Shown piece after piece: positions 62,241 to 64,000 of a stretch of 64,000 nucleotides of DNA. The stretch lies in contig CAVWIM010000018.1 in the NCBI GenBank assembly GCA_963755065.1, forward strand, positions 242,278 through 306,277, written 5' to 3'. Numbering within the stretch: the first letter of the stretch is position 1; every line of letters begins with the position of its first letter. Origin of the DNA: an uncultured beta proteobacterium (GTDB lineage Bacteria > Pseudomonadota > Gammaproteobacteria > Burkholderiales > Casimicrobiaceae). Position numbers and translations under genes: made by a program. Below the pieces are notes generated by a model. It was not told the DNA's origin, did not search any database, and saw only the letters and a list, made by a program, of their open reading frames with translations.

Positions 62241-63439
62241 CTAATCTGCGGGCCGCATCCGGCGCACGTCGCTGTCGTCGGGCAGGTAGTTCTTGCCGTC
62301 GGCGTACTTCCAATCGACCATGACGCCCTTGCCGTCTTTAACCGCGGTGCGGCCGACATACGCGCCCATCGTCGACTGGTGGTCGATGCCGCGGAAACGT
62401 TACAGGTCCGAACGGCGTGCCGAAACCGAGGCCCTTCATGGCGGTGACCAGCTTTTCAGGGTCGGTCGATCCGGCTTTCTTGATGGCCGCCACCGCCGCG
62501 ATCACCGTGCTGTATCCGACCACCGAGCCCAGGCGCGGATAGTCGTTGAACTTGGCTTGATACGCGTCGCGAAAGCGCTTGTGTTCCGGCGTATCGATCG
62601 CATACCACGGATAGCCGGTGACGTACCAGCCGGCCGGCGCTTCTTCTTTTAGCGGATCCAGGTATTCCGGCTCGCCGCCAAGGAGGTTGAACACCGGCCG
62701 ATTCTTGAACAGGCCGCGCAACTCGCCCTCGCGCACGAAGCGGGCGAGGTCCGGCCCGAACAGCGAGGAGAAGATCGCGTCCGGCTGCGCGTCGAGCAGC
62801 GCCTGCACGACCGGTCCCGGATCGATCTTGCCCAGCGGCACGGTGACTTCGATGAACTCCAGGCCGCCGCTTTGCATCACGTTCATCTGCTTCTTGAACG
62901 CGGCGGTGGCCGATTGCCCGTACTCGTAGTTGGGATAGACGATGGCCCAGCGTTTGCTTGATTGAGCTTCGCCGCCTCCGGCACGAGCATCGCGGTTTGC
63001 ATGAACGTCGATGGACGCAGCCGGAACGTGTACTTGTTGCCGCTTTCCCAGACGATCTTGTCGGTCAGCGGTTCCGCAGCGAGAAACGGGATCTTGCGCT
63101 GCTTCGCAAAATCGGCGACCGCGAGGCCGACGTTTGACGCGAACGTGCCCATCAGCATGACCACTTTCTCGCGTGACATGAGCTCCTCGGCCACGCGCAC
63201 TGCATCGCCCGGCGTGCCGTTGTCGTCGCGCGAGACGATTTCCACCTGTCGGCCGAGCACGCCGCCGCCGGCGTTCACTTCCGCCAGCGCCAGCTCCATG
63301 CCCTTCTTGTAGGGCTCGAGGAATGCCGGAAATACCTTGTAGCTGTTCAGCTCCCCGAGCTTCACCGGTCTGCGCAAGCGACGGCGCTGCCAAGGAAGGG
63401 CAAAGGCGGCATGACGACAGCGCGGCGATAAGCGCTCAT
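62241..63439 (-). CDS. Branched-chain-type ABC substrate-binding protein, frameshifted
   Basis: GELNSY, NAGGGVLGR, RDDNG, YTFRLRPST, PNYEYGQ, GYPWY. Confidence 0.85.
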
Positions 63440-63590
63440 GCGATTCTCCGAGACGGAAAGGGAACTAAGCTGCAATGGAGTTCATCCTGCCGACTGAACC
63501 AGGCCTAAGCATATTCTCCACGCATAGTGCCGGCGAACCGATCCGGAAAGGTAAAATAGCAGGCTTTTGCGTGTAACGGGCCGCGGCGAA

Positions 63591-63673
63591 TCGGGCTTGG
63601 GCGGCAGGCGGGTGTGCGCTGCGCTCCATTAGACCAGTCGCTTGGCGCACACCCGCCTGCCGCCCAAGCCCGA
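63591..63673. repeat. 29-bp perfect inverted repeat with 25-nt spacer
   Basis: tcgggcttgggcggcaggcgggtgtgcgc (63591-63619) / gcgcacacccgcctgccgcccaagcccga (63645-63673). Confidence 0.9.
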
Positions 63674-63709
63674 CAGGTTCCCAGACCGCCGCGAATTATC
63701 CGCTATCCC

Positions 63710-64000
63710 ATGCTGACGCTCGCCTACGGCCTCGAGTTCGCCGACCTGTACACGGTCGGCGGGCGAGACCGCATCGACCGGTTGTTCGTCGCGCACCTTC
63801 GCGACGCCGATCCGCGCTGGCGGATCGGCTCGAGACTGCTCGCAGCGGACCCCGCGAGCGCTGGCGCCCAAGGACGAATCGTCGCTGCTGATCGACATCG
63901 CGCCACACCTCGAGGATTTCCTGGCGCATCTTTTCGGCATCGCAGACGAGGTCCAGGCACTCGAGGCGCAACACCACGAATTGGCGCCGCTCTTCGCGAT
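63710..64000 (+). CDS. N-terminus of a large FAD/pyridine nucleotide oxidoreductase (partial, frameshifted)
   Basis: MLTLAYGLEFADLY...RIDRLF...ESSLLIDIAPHLEDFLAHLFGI resembles that family's N-terminus as recalled; runs off the window. Confidence 0.5.
   Translation, partial: MLTLAYGLEFADLYTVGGRDRIDRLFVAHLRDADPRWRIGSRLLAADPASAGAQGRIVAADRHRATPRGFPGASFRHRRRGPGTRGATPRIGAALRD

Overview
GC-rich betaproteobacterial chromosomal window. Single-base indels break about half of the genes, including essential ones, which is most simply read as long-read assembly error. Coordinates of frameshifted genes were stitched by eye and are approximate. Layout: (1) 1-14.9 kb: TCA/2-oxoglutarate cluster sdhA-sdhB-sdhE-gltA-sucA-sucB-lpdA-zapE, then acuI-like, prpE and an AnsA-type asparaginase. 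(2) 15-26.7 kb: rpoE-rseA-rseB-degP-glutaredoxin-lepA-lepB-DUF4845-rnc-era-recO-pdxJ-nagZ, with no acpS. (3) 26.8-46.4 kb: an extended aminophosphonate catabolism island. One arm is GntR-phnA-phnY-Na/Pi transporter-phnZ-EamA-GcvT/dimethylglycine-dehydrogenase-like flavoprotein, followed by aapJQMP and iclR. The divergent arm is an AEP ABC transporter plus phnW, and a palindromic operator lies between the arms. (4) 46-52 kb: mixed genes, including a deletion scar that joins a DUF4242 stub to a decayed GT87 gene. (5) 52.4-57.7 kb: a gamma-glutamylation amine catabolism operon (GS-like ligase, GNAT, Fe-ADH, peptidase C26, ALDH). (6) gntK, metC, a branched-chain-type ABC system with only one ATPase, a 29-bp perfect inverted repeat and the start of a large oxidoreductase. 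The best candidate for an undescribed system is the tightly coupled PhnZ-EamA-GcvT-family module, proposed here as a folate-linked route for N-methylated aminophosphonates. A second unexplained signal is a recurring set of imperfect 12-bp tandem duplications in or beside core genes. No rRNA, tRNA, CRISPR array or transposase was recognised.
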